Shown: positions 12,993 to 25,485, counted from the first letter of the stretch. The stretch is 64,000 nt of DNA from Lama guanicoe (GCA_013239625.1 MU053629.1:2507567-2571566), one strand, 5' to 3'. The notes: generated from the sequence alone by a model not told the origin. Program-made: numbers and translations.

Positions 12993-13029
12993 TTTGGCTG
13001 AATGGTGAACAGTTCACCATTCAGCCAAA
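12993..13029. repeat. Perfect inverted repeat, 18-bp arms, 1-nt spacer
   Basis: TTTGGCTGAATGGTGAAC-A-GTTCACCATTCAGCCAAA. Confidence 0.98.
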
Positions 13030-15469
13030 GAGGCTTCATGCGTTTATAGGTGCCTCCTGTTGTGCCCCTGAATTAAAACATGACACACAGAATAACACTG
13101 ACATAATTCAGGCTCATAAACCACATGAGATAGTTACCAACAGACTGAAACAACATACAGTATTTGTTTTGAAATTCCCCCAAAATATAGGAGGCTGGTT
13201 GAAAAGAGTAATATTAATGTGGCTACAAATACTTCTGGCAATGATAGTTGTGTATTTTTTTTTTGTATGACTACTTGCCTCCATTTAAAAAAAAAAGGAA
13301 AAGTGATCAACTAGGCAAGAAATTTAATTAACATAACAGGAGTCCTTTTTTTTTTTGACACAGACAGATCTTTAAAAATGATCTGAGCCCAGAGGAAGCG
13401 TTGTCCAAAAGAAAAATTGTCCCAAATCTGATCCAGGATGTACCTTTTTTTCCTTTTTGAATGATTTAATTCACAATTTCCTTCTGGAAAGAAATTATAA
13501 TTCTTGGTAAAAAAAATGCTTATAAAATTTTCTGATAAATTTAAGAGGATTAAGACTTGTTCTAGAAACTTAGTCACCCATCCACCCAACTGACATCAGT
13601 CAAGAGTTGTAATAACTTTTTAATCAAATATTGTTTGTGTTTTAAATCTAGTCCAACAACGATTATTTAACCACTCACCAAAATGCTTTTCTAACCTGGG
13701 ACTACCAGAGGCCTTTCCCCTGACAGCAGGATTGTGATAAAACTTCAACTAAGTGGTCCTAACTAAATCATCCCCAGTGTTTTCTTTAACAGTGGGGTCA
13801 ACTGTATGCCACCTAGTTCCCCTGAAAGGCTGCTTACTTGCTTGTGAAGGTGAGAACAAGAAGTTTCAGACAAAGTAACACACCAGGCTCATTTACCAAG
13901 TTGTTACACATTCCTCAAACACATTATAGAGCAACTTTCTTCAAGACAAAGCTATTCAAAGATTGCTGTGTAGGGGAATGATTAAACTTCAAGTACCTCA
14001 TATGAGTAAAATGAAAGGCTGATAGACTTTGATTTTATTCTACTCTTTCTTGGACTTTGATTTAGTCAGGGACTGAAGAAGGTATTTAGTTATACTATAA
14101 CCAGGAGCAAGGGGTCAAAGACATAGAATTGAGGATGGCAGATAAGGGTCAATGACATAGAAAGTTTCCAGTGTTACAGCCCAGATAAAAGTGATGGCTG
14201 CAGAATGTCCTTTCTTGGAGAAAGTACATACTTTGTACCATTGTTTCACGCCAGTTTCTGCCCAAATTTCTAATACTTTGCAAGTGTTCCTGAAATGTTT
14301 CCAGCAATATCTAGGTTGGTTGAAAAAGCATTTGATCACTGAGATGATTTTATTTCAGTGTAAGGATGGCTTCCCTTGGGTACCTATCCATCTTCTCAAC
14401 CACCCTATTCAAATGGAGGCATCGAGTCAGTGCTTAAGCACCAAAAATTTTGGACTAAATTTACGTACCTTTTCAGAAAATTTCCTTACTAATTCTACTA
14501 TAGGCTTCCCTTCTCTGGATTTAATATAAAAATTGGCCACTAAAAGAAATATTGGTTCCATTGGTACCATAATTTCACCCTCCCCCATTCTTGGACATTT
14601 AGATTTTTTAAACCATCTTTTCCAACAATACTGCAGTGAACATCCTTGTACGTATATCTCTGCTGCATTATCCTGTGTGTTATCATTTCCTTATATCACC
14701 ACCTTTGGATTTCACTTCATTTTCTCTGAAATTTCTCTGCAGAGAAGAGGATGTGCTGCTCTTGGGGACTTGGCAGAATTACTGTTCAAACTGCATGAAT
14801 GATTAAATGGGCTTCTGAGTGTAAGTGATGTTTGTGAAAATGAAGGTATCCTGGCACCAGCTGACAATGGATGGCCCACCCCGAGGAACAGAACACCCTG
14901 ACCTGGAAACACAGAGCAGTCTCCACCACCTTGAAGCCTTTGCTGGCTGTCAGCCTAGCAGGCATCACACCTTCAGTGTGGGGAGGTGGGAGGTTGAGAA
15001 GCAGGAAAATGTTTACCCTTAGGGCCCTGGAGCTCAGGGTAGGACCCAACCTGACACTTTAACCCTGGGCTCACATTAAAGAGCCCTGAACTGAAGGTCA
15101 GAACCCTGGACAGCTCAGTGGGTGTTTCCTTACCTTCACCACCCTTGTTCTTAGGAAAAGCATTCCCCTTCCTACTGGGTTTTTACCTATTTACCTATTA
15201 AGCAGAAAAGCTAACTGGTTAACCCCAGGTGAAAACCTCCTGAATTTAAAGAGCCTGGGTTTTGTTATTACACAACTGATCTCTTCTGGTAATAATTTCT
15301 CAGATGCCTTTCCTTTTTACTCCTCTTTGAAGCTTATATGGTTTGATAAGAAAAAGAGGTCCAAGGTCCAAGGTCATATGGTTGGTTGTAGTAAAGATGA
15401 AGAAGACTAGGACTGAGTTCTTCTGAAGCCACGGCATTCACTGATTCAGCAATGACTGAGCATAAATAA

Positions 15470-17115
15470 TGCATGTTTTAGTTACAGTACAGGCTAAGTT
15501 TCCGTAACAAAGAGATCTCAAAAACAGTGCCTCAAATCATACCAAAGCTTACCTCTCTCACACACAACACTCCGGAGGTGGACAGCTGGTCCGGGGCGGG
15601 TAGGCTGCTCTGCCCCATGAGGTCATTCAGGGACCCAGGTTCCTTCTAACCTGTTGCCTGGGTCCACAGACTTCTCCCGTAAAGGGCCAAGAAGTAAGAA
15701 TTTTAGGCCCTGCAGGCCATACAGTCATTGTCACAGCTGCTCGGTTCTGCTAATATAGTGCAAAAACAACCAACGGCATTACATAAGCAAATGGGAATGG
15801 CCATGTCCCAATAAAACTGTATTTACAAAGACAGGCTGCAGGTTAGATTTGACCCATGGGTTGTAATCCAACGACTCCTGCCTTCAGACGTACTTTTCAC
15901 CAACACAGTCATGTTCCAGACAGAGGAAAGAAGTGGGTGGGTCGAAAGTCCTCGCATGAAAACAGGATCCCCAGATAAAAATAGTGACATAGTGGCATAG
16001 TCACACAATGGAATACTCTGAAATCAAGAATGAATGTTGATCCAATATTGTAAAATGACTATAACTCAATTGAAAAAAAGCTAAAAAAAAAAGAATGAAT
16101 GACCTACAACTACACACAACATGAATGAGTGCCACAATATAGTGCTGAGAAAAAGAAGCCAGACACAAAAGATCACACATTAGTCGATTCCATTTGTGTA
16201 AAATATAAAAACAGGCAAACTAATAAATGGTATTAAAAGTCAGGACAGGGGTTGCCTTTGTGGGAAACAGTCACCAGAAGTGGATGTGAGAAGACATCTG
16301 GCTTCTGGCAGTGTTCTATTTCTTGATGTGGATAGGGTATGTTCCCACACATGGGTGTGTTCACATGTGAAAATCCACTAAGCCATAGCTTAGCATTTGT
16401 GTACCTTTCTGCGTGTATGTTACGTTTCAACCAAACAGTTTATATAAACTGCAAAAAAAAAAAAAGTGATTCAGAAGTAGCACACTGCTTGTCTCATCTC
16501 TTGTCCAAAACTCGGTCAAAGGAACACTCCAAACTGCAAGGGATCTGGGAAATGCAGCCTCTAGCTGGGTGGCCATATGCCTCTGAAATTCAGAGGGTTC
16601 TCTTATTAGAAGGAAGAAGGAAGAATGTATTCTGGGGGTCAGTAAGCACGCTGTTACAGTCTGTGCAGCACTCACTGAGCCATGACAGTTATCAAATCCT
16701 GCTGGGCATGACCTGAGAAGACTCCTCTGGAAATAAAGTTCCCAGGTTAGCCCACCAGGCTGCCCTGCTACTGTTCTATGGGAATGCCGCCCTTGTCTGT
16801 GCTTCCCTGTGCTGTCTGGCAGGTCATCTGTCCATTATACTTGATGGCCACATCTTTTGGTCCTTCTTTCTTTTTTCCTTTTTTCTTTTTTTTTTTTTCT
16901 GCTTGAAGCTTGGACATTATGGCAAGGGCTGCATCAGCCTTCTTGGGACCATGAGGGAAATCTCAGAAATGTCAGCCTTGATTTCCTTGAGCTTTTGACA
17001 TCAGTAACTGGCTCCCGCCGAAATTCTTATATGTGAGAATTAACCCTTACGTATTTTAAACCAATGAACTTGAGCCTTTGTTACCCAGAGCCAAACACAA
17101 TTCTTAACTGATACG
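15470..17115. mobile_element. Nested repeat cluster: MaLR (MLT1-like) LTR pieces interrupted by a MER58-like DNA element (~15660-15880) and an L1 3' fragment (~15965-16465)
   Basis: MLT-like 'gtcattcagggacccaggttccttct'; MER58-like 'aaagggccaagaagtaagaattttaggc...ccaataaaactgtatttacaaa'; L1 'agaaaaaagaagccagacacaaaaga'. Family names are from pattern recall. Confidence 0.7.
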
Positions 17116-18179
17116 GAAGGCATCCCTGACCAGATGATATTTAAGCTGAGACTAGAAGGATTATGAGGTGGAAGATACTAGAACATCAGGGAAAAGCCAA
17201 AAGCCCTTTCTACTGCACTCCAATACAAATTGCCCAGCCTCTTCCAGGCAGGGAGACGAGGGACTGGAGAGGTCAGGAAAGGAAAGTCCAAGGTACGATT
17301 CATTTGTCCAGAAGTGATATTTGAGGCTATGAGGAAGGGAGGGCTTGGTAACGTGTGCTCATCTCTGTGTGCACGTTTCTTTCCTGGTACTTACCACACA
17401 GCAGTCACAACGACACAATCCCTGGTGTGACCACGTGCGTAACTCCCCACTAGACGGAAGTCTCCATGAAGCCAGGGACAATGCCTGCGATTGTCCACCA
17501 CTAGGATGATCCTGGCACACAGCGGGCATGGAATCATAAACTATAGAAGAGGGAACTAGAATAAGAGGAAGAAAAGAGAAACAGGCAGAAGAGTGGAAAG
17601 CCTGGAGTGGGGCAGGCTTCCCTTGAAGGGGACTCAATTCCCTTTAGAAGCCCAGTGACACTCCCCCAAGACAGACAGGGCAGATTGTGGTCAGGGGGTC
17701 ACTTCAGGGACATACATGGGCATGACTATCCAGCTCATAGCCTTTTTCTCTTGGCTATTCGATGGGCAAGAGATTCGAGCTGGCATCCACGGTACTTCAC
17801 CCTTCACCCCGTAACAACTGATCCAAAAGGTGGGTGTGTGACCCAGGCTAAAACAATCAGAGTCCTTTCCCAGGAACTGCCCAACTGGAGCTAACTGAGG
17901 ACTCCCTCCCCTCCAGCTGTCAGGGTGTTAGCCCGGATTTTCTGCAGCCTGGTGCAGCTACCTGGAGATGACCAGCCCGTGGGAACGAGCCTGATACCCA
18001 GAGAGAAGCAGGAAGAGACCCAGAGAGAGAAAGAGCAAAGGATTTTCAGGCTCCTGGTTCCAGCTACCCCTAGGGTTATCCGCTCTCTGCTCTTCCCAGT
18101 TAGATGAGCCAATGAATTCTTCTTGAATTCCTTTTGTGCTTAAGAAAGTTAGAGTCGAGTTCCTTTCTCTTGAAATCTA

Positions 18180-18855
18180 TCACTGCCTTCCTCTCCAAAA
18201 TGCACCCTGACTCTGACCACTTCTCACTGGCTCTGCTGTCATGATCCTGCTCCAAACCGCCACTGTCTCTTGCCGGGATGAATGTAACAGCCTCCCAATG
18301 TCTCCTGTCTCCTCTCCTGCTCCCCTACAAACCATTCTCCACCCAGCAGGCCAAGTGATCATAGATAAATGTCAGGCAGATCATGTCACCTCCAGTGGCT
18401 TCCCCTACATCCATACTCTTTATCCTGTTCTACTGCACGATCTGTTTCTATCTCCACCTATATTCCATACCACTTCCCCTCATCACCATCCGTCAGCTAC
18501 ATTGCCCTTTTTCGCCCAACACAATAAGCTCATTATTTCTTCAGTGCCTTTTGCACCTGCTGTCCCAGGTCTTTGCATGGTTAATTCTTCATCATTCTTT
18601 TTTTTTTTTTAGTAAAGTAATACAGTAATCATAGCCCCCTCCCCACCCTATCTATTTCTGTATCATTTTCTTGTTTACACTATTCACAGAAACTGTCATG
18701 AGCTGAAATTATCTTATTTATGTTTGACTTACTTTTTTTGTTGCCTGTCTGTCCCCAAGAGTCTGAGCTTCAGGAGAGCAAGGTCTTTGCCTGTCTTGTT
18801 TACTATGTGTCCACACAGTAGGTGCTCAAGTAATATTTACTGAATGAATGAGTCA
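18180..18855. mobile_element. LINE-2 fragment
   Basis: 'ctccaaaatgcaccctgactctgaccacttctcac...cacacagtaggtgctcaagtaatatttactgaatgaatga'. Confidence 0.8.
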
Positions 18856-19611
18856 TGAAATGATGTGGTGCTGGAGTCCCGTTCAGGCCCTAGGTTCCCT
18901 GTCGCATCCCTTTGTCTCTGCCGTCCAGACCGTTAACCAGTGTTAACTCACAGAGGAGTCTGCACATGTCACACGACTTCACTCAGTCTCTGTCTCCTCA
19001 TTTGTGAAATGGGAAACCCACTCCTTGCCAAGTCAACTCCAAGAGTTGTTGGAGATACAAGGAGCGTGGGCAGAAAAGCCCAGAGCCCACTGATGATCAG
19101 CATTGAAGGGGTTTGGCCCGGTGGAGGAGGAGCACCTCCCTCACTCCTCTCCTGCTCGCCAACCAAGCCCTTCCCGCTCAAGGCTGTTCAACTTGGCCTC
19201 CTTCCTCTCTGGGTCACTTACACGGCCTCACGTGCTTTGCCTTCCCTACCCCTGGCCCTCCAAAGGTCTTATTTTATAGCTTCTTGTAAGGAATTCAAAT
19301 GAGGCCATGACCTTCACTGTGACAAACCACAGTGAGGCTGTAAAAGGCCAGACCTGGCTCCCTGCTCCGTGGTTAAACATTGATAACACCAGGAACTAGA
19401 GGCCTGAGCGGGCACGCCCCGCGTCCCCCTGCGGGGATGGGGCCCCCAGGCCGAGGGCCCTCACCAGCCTGTTCTCTGGGCCGGCGAGAACGATTGGATG
19501 CTTTCTTCCTACCTGAGGCCAGCACACAAGAAGGAAGGCATTGGCTCCTGGTTCCTTCCGATTGCGAAAGTCAGATGGAGCCTGTTTGCCATGTGAGGCC
19601 ATTCATTCAAG

Positions 19612-19624
19612 AGGTCAGTCACCC
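19612..19624 (+). promoter_or_regulatory. IR-1 nuclear receptor element (FXR/RXR-type) in the SLC51B proximal promoter
   Basis: AGGTCA-g-TCACCC just upstream of the putative first exon. SLC51B is an established FXR target. Confidence 0.8.
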
Positions 19625-19669
19625 CTGAATGACAGAGAAGGCTCTGGACCTGGGCGTGTGCTAAACGCA

Positions 19670-19830
19670 GAGCTACCGGATGGGCCCGGCTGCCACGGGG
19701 TCGGTAGCACTGCCTCCCAGGCAACAGCTGTGCGGACAACGCAGGTGCTCCCCTGAGAGGAGGAGGAAGAGAGAAATCAGTGCTGCTCCCAACAGCAGAT
19801 CAGGCAAGTCCCAGGAACCCAGGATCCAGG
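19670..19830 (+). other. SLC51B: Putative non-coding exon 1 of SLC51B (5' end uncertain)
   Basis: GC-rich unique sequence after the IR-1, ending in a strong donor CAGG|gtgagt at 19831. Confidence 0.65.
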
Positions 19831-20329
19831 GTGAGTGTCTTCAGCCTCCCTCAGGGATGGGTGGTCCGGGGCTTTGGGTCGGAATCACGGTCCAATGGCG
19901 GATGGTTAAGTCCTGTTTAAAATGCAGGAATCTCTCAGAGGGGCCTGAGGAGACATGACAACTAAACGCAATGCGATATCCCGGATGGGAGCCTGGAGCA
20001 GGAAAAAGACATTAACGGAAAAATGAAAAACAAATAAATCACGAAGTGTAGTTAATAATTTTTTTAAAGCAGGGCTATTAATCCTATGCTCAGTCTAGAA
20101 GGAAACTGGATGAGTGGTCTGAGGGAAACGTGCCCTTCGGGTCTGTGGCCTCTAACACAGTCAGGGAGGGCTGACTCTCCATTCTGGATTTGTATCCACC
20201 TTGTTATTTTATTTGTTGGTATATGTTTATTGTAACAATGATATCCATGTTTCAGACACATTCAGCTGTGGACATCAGCTCATAAATTTGTACAAATTGT
20301 ACACTTCGTGCAAATTTGTACACGTATCT

Positions 20330-23300
20330 GATTAGTTCTAATGCCTCACTGTCTTGATTACTGTTGCTTTATAGTGAGTCTCGAAGTCAGGTAGCGTCAG
20401 TCCTCTGACTCTGGTCGTCTTCAATATTGTGTCGACGATCCTGGGTCTTTTGCCTCTCTGTATGAACTTTAAATTCTGTTTGTTGATACCCATAAAATAA
20501 CTCGCTGGGATTTTGACTGGGGTTGTCCTGTATTAAATTGAGAACTGATATCTTGATTAGTTCCACTAATTAAACACCCAAAATTGAAACTGCTGGCTTG
20601 AAAGGTATAAATATAATATATACATACTTTTTTTTATTGAGGTGTAGTTGATTTACAGTATCACGTTTCAGGTGTACAACATAGTGATTCTCAATTTTTA
20701 AGTTATACTCCATTTATAGTCATTATAAACTCTTGCCTGTGTCTCCCTGTGCTGTACAATATATCCTTGTCGCTTATTTATTTTATACATAGTAGTTTGT
20801 ACCTCCTAATCCTCTACCCTATCTTGCCCCTCCCCCCTTTCCTCTCCCCAGTGGTAACCATTAGTTTGTTCTTTATATCTATGAGTCTATTTCTCCTTTG
20901 TTATCTTTGCTAGTTTATTTTTTAGGTTCCACATATAAGTGATATCATACAGTATTTGTCTTCCTTTGTCTTATTTCACTTAGCATAATACCAAGTTCAT
21001 CCACGTTGTTGTAAACGACAAAGGTTCATTCTTTTTATGGCTGAGTAGTATTCCACTGTATGTACATATACACATACATACATACATACATACATACACA
21101 CACACCGCATCTTCCTTATCCAGTCATCTGTTGATGAACGCTAAGGTTTCTTCTATATCTTGGCAATCGTAAATAATGCTGCTATGAACACGGGGGTGCA
21201 TGTATCTTTTCGAATTAGTATTCTCATTTTCTTCGGATAATATATACATACATTTAGAAATATGTACAGATATACAAAATATATATTTAGAATATACATA
21301 CACAATACATACATTTAAAAAATGTAATTACACGTATTGTTTTCATGACACTACTACGCGCTCACAAGAAATGTATACAATACAGAAGTGTTCAGAGTGA
21401 ATGTCCCGTAGGTCTAGACCCCATCCCACTTAGAGGGAGCTGGTATTTGGTATCTTGACCTCCACACTCTTCTCTGTGGGTATGGGAGGGTCTACATACG
21501 CAACAGGGGCTTACGGCCAATTAATCCAGACACTCTTGCATCTGAGATTGGAAAGAAAGTCACAATCCTTCTTAGCAAGTGCTTTGGATTGGAGCTGGAA
21601 CACAAGATCACATGAATTTGCAATCTGTGTAACTTTGTCCCCTTTTCAGTAGATGTTTGTATATATTCCTAACTGAGTAAGGTAGTAGGTATCTGAGTCC
21701 TTGAAAGTCTAAAAAAAAGCCTTTCTTTCTCCCTGACTTCCATCTCTGTCTTGACATATGAAAGATCATTTGTATATGAAAAACCTAGCTCACTATTATG
21801 TTTGTCTCAAACTATTTTCCTTCAAAATCTGTAGATGTTTCTTCAGTCTTCTCAGAGAGCTTAGAGATGAAGAAAATGCTGATGTCAGTCTTTTCCTTAG
21901 TACCCTGTTTTTCTGTTTGGCTGTTTGCTATCCCATTGTTTTTGGATGTTCCTGGCTGAGCCTCCAAAGGCTGTTTGGGGTTGGAAGGCAGAGTCAGAGC
22001 AGGGGACCTGAGACAGCCCCGGGCCTCCCTTGTTCTCTCTTTGCCTTGCTGTCTTCTGAGCCCTATGACAGATTTTCACAATTGGACTGTTCAAAACCCT
22101 TCTCCTGTTTCATGTCTTTAGTAACTTTTGTCTCCATTTCTGTTTCCTTTTTCTTCATCCCCAGAGATAATTATTTTTCTGTGTTGAGTCTGTCTTTTTT
22201 AAAATGTGTTTTTGTAAAACGTGTGTTGTTATTTTCTGTGCATGTATTTCTGGATTTTCATAAATGGTATGCCATGCCTCCTTATGACCCTGGGGATGCT
22301 TTCTTTGGGATAGAAAATATTCCGGAGCAGAGCTGCTGTGTCATGTGCACACTGTGACTAACCTGCTTTCTCAATGGCTGCCCTGGTCTACATTTCCTGG
22401 TGGCCCCTAAGGTTGTAGCCCGGGAACCCCGCCGACACTCGGCATTATCCACCTTCCCAGCTATGCCAATCTCATGGATGTCAAGTAGTGTTTCATTTTT
22501 GTTTTAATTTTCATTCTTCTGATTTCCAAAGAGTTTGAGCATTTTTTCCATATGCTTAGCTGGCCTTTTGGGTTTCCTGTTTTGTAAACTGCCTGTTTAT
22601 ATCCTTTATCTATTTATTAGGATTCCAGTCTTTTTCTTATTAATTTGCAACAATTCTTTGTATATTGTAGACATCAATCTCTTCTTGGTTTTAAGCATCA
22701 CAAGTGTCTCGTCTCAATCGGAAATGTGTTTGCTACTGTACTGATGGTATCCTTCATCAAACAGATCATCCTATTTTGATATAATCAAATCCATCAGTTT
22801 TCTGTTGTTATGCAATGATTTGAGCTTTTCTGGTTTGAAGAAGTCTTGCTTCTTTTTTTATACTTTTTCCTCTTACATTTAGGCCTTTAATCTTGGGGTC
22901 CATTTTTGTATGTGTTGTTTGTTGGATGTGCATCCAGTCTTCCTTTTCTCTGGTTTTTCTGACACCACCTGCTAAACAATTCCTCCTTTTCCTACTGGTG
23001 AGCAGAGCTACCTTTATTGTGTATCAAGGTCCTATGTGAACATAGGCCTCTATGAAATTTCTATTCTGACGCCTTGGTAAAGGGATCTGGTCTTGTGTCA
23101 AAAACCACATTTTTATTACTATGTCTCACCATCTGGTGGGGCCAGTCTCTCCTCTTAGTCTTTTTCTGGACACTTACTTCGTCTATATAAATGTTAGAAT
23201 AAGTGTATCAAGGTCCTCAAAACAATCCAATTTGAATTTTGATGGAAATTGCATTGAAATTACAGATTAATTTGGGGATAAGTGACATCTTTATAAGTTT

Positions 23301-24425
23301 ATCCTATCTAAAAACATAAATCTCTCCATTTATTCAGATCATTTATTACTATTATTATTATTATTTTATCCTAGAGTTAAAAAATTTCCTCCATAGAGAT
23401 CTTTTGTATTCTTGGGTAAACTAACCTAGACGTTTTATGGCTTTGATGTTACTATAAATGATATCTTATTTTTATTTAATTTTCCAGTTTCACTAATAAT
23501 ATGAGAACTGAGCTTGTAGACAGTAACTTCAGTGAATGCATCTATTATTTCAACTGTTTACTTTTCTAGGTAGATGATCTTGCCCTCTGAAAACTGTGAG
23601 TTTTAGCTCTTTCCTATCAAGTCTCACACTCCCTTTTCTTTCCTTGTCCCACTTGCTAGGACCTCCAGGACTATATTAAACTGTAATGGTCCAAATTCAA
23701 CCAGCAAATTGCTGCCATTTATCTTTAAGGGAGTACATTTAACGTTTCTCCATTAAACATAATGTTTGCTGGAGGATTTTTATCTATTGCCTTTACCAAG
23801 CTGAAGACATTTCTTTCTACTCCAGGTTTACTAAGTGTTTATCATATATATATCAATCATATGGTTTCTCCCTTTTAGCCTATTAATGTGGTGAATTGAT
23901 ACAGTTTCTAATGTCAAACTTTCCTTCCACTTACTGATAATGCTTTTCTTAATAAATTGTTGAATTTGGTTTACTAAGACTTTATTTAGGATTTTTGCAT
24001 CTACTTTCACAAAAGAATGAGCCAATCATTTACTCTTCTTGTATGGTCCTCATCTAGTTTTGAAACCATTGTTAAATGAGCAGTAAAACTTGTGCTTTTT
24101 ATTTTTGGAATTAACTGTTTATTGAAAATTTATCAGAATTCATGATTAAAGCCAGCTAGTGTCCTGGGCTTGATTTTTGGAAAGGAAGTCTTAGACCATT
24201 ATTTCAATTTCTTTATTATGATTTATCAGTCTCCAAGTTTCTTGTTTCTTCTTTGTGTAATTTTGGAATTTTATATTTCTCTAAAAATTTATCCATTTTA
24301 TCTAGGTTGTGAAGCTTAATTGCATATAGTTCAAAAGACACTGCTGTATTTTAAAATCTCTGGTCTTATTTTCGTTCTATATTTTATTTGCCTCTTCTCT
24401 CTTTTTTTGGATCAATCTCATCAGA
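20330..24425 (-). mobile_element. Cluster of antisense LINE-1 fragments in SLC51B intron 1, including a younger 3' end at ~20628-21240 with a (TACA)n run
   Basis: T-tail plus 'ttattgaggtgtagttgatttacag'. The ORF2-like peptide 'DAKILNKVLVNQIQQFIKK...IHHINRLK' is in the minus ORF 23831-24025. Confidence 0.85.
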
Positions 24426-25485
24426 GATACGCAATTAAGTGTCAAACTTACACCCAATTTGAAAGACTTAGTACAAAGAAAATTATCTCAATCATTGTTA
24501 TATTGATGGTTATACTGACTACACACTGAAATAATATTTTTGATATATTGGATTTTAAAATGTCAAAATTAATTTTGCTTTTTTCTAAATGTGGCTACTA
24601 GAAAAATTTCCATTAAGTATTATTGGTATAGGTAGTAGAGAAATATGCCAAAATCTGTGACTGTTTTGAGACTGAGACACAAACAGCTTACTTAACCTGC
24701 TTATTTTGTAGCTAAGGCAACAGGCTCAAAGTAAGGCAGGGATTTATCCAGGGAGCATGGGTTCAGTTTCTTCCTTTGCAAACGACAGGAAACAAATCTG
24801 GTAACCACCGCCGAACAGAGGGCAGCACTGACCAATCAGGCTTGTGGATGAGTTTGGTGGCGGCGAGAAGGGAGCTCTCAGCGCTCAGCAGCAGAAGCCC
24901 CTGACTACCTCTCCCCAGCATTTCCCGGATTCTCAGCTCTGGGCCCCGGCCGGCCGTGTCAACCTCCAGGAGAGAGCCTGTGACAGGCCCAGCCTTCGTC
25001 ACGTGGGGAGGCAGGCGCCTGTGAATGGGCAGCACGGGAAAATCTATGCTAAGGAACCCGGGTGCAGGAGTGCTGTAGGGCTGAGGAAGCTAGACCAGGA
25101 CGCTGGGCGACAACAGGACATGTCCCCAGCAAGGGCCCCAAAGCCTGTCAGGGGCTCAGTCCTCCTCCCTCCTGGGTCAGTGCTCCTCCCCAGATGTGAA
25201 GAGTTTTAATAAAGATTTGAGTGACTCCCACTTCTTCAGTCTCTGTTTCTCCAGCTCCCACCTGCTCTGGAAATTCCTGCTGTTTCGGTCAACTTTGGAC
25301 CCGAGGAGAGCTGGGTTTGGGCAGGGAGGGGAGGATAAACTGGGGTGGCATACCTCGTCACGCTCTCTGTTTTGTTTCCAGGGGTCTTCAGGGCTTTGCA
25401 AAGGGCCAGGACCTAGGAGGCCAGGAGGGCAGCTGGCAGCAAAAGTCTTGGTTGTCAGAGACATACCCCAACCAGGAGCAGGGGC

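Larger units (their letters stand above)
10232..14902 (-). pseudogene. Candidate decayed two-exon protein-coding gene, unidentified
   Basis: Apparently non-repeat sequence. Acceptor tgctctgtgtttccag| (14903-14904), donor TTTG|gtgagt (13677-13678), acceptor tgttttaattcag| (13068-13069). Protein-like frames broken by many stops, frameshifts and two L1 insertions. No homology search was possible. Confidence 0.4.

Noticed and set aside
20285..20322. 14-bp palindrome AATTTGTACAAATT and repeated TGTACA
   Set aside because: Short, AT-rich and adjacent to L1 debris; within chance or slippage expectation.
21758..22357. 199-aa plus-strand ORF
   Set aside because: F/L/S/C-rich translation of T-rich antisense L1-associated sequence; no splice or domain support.
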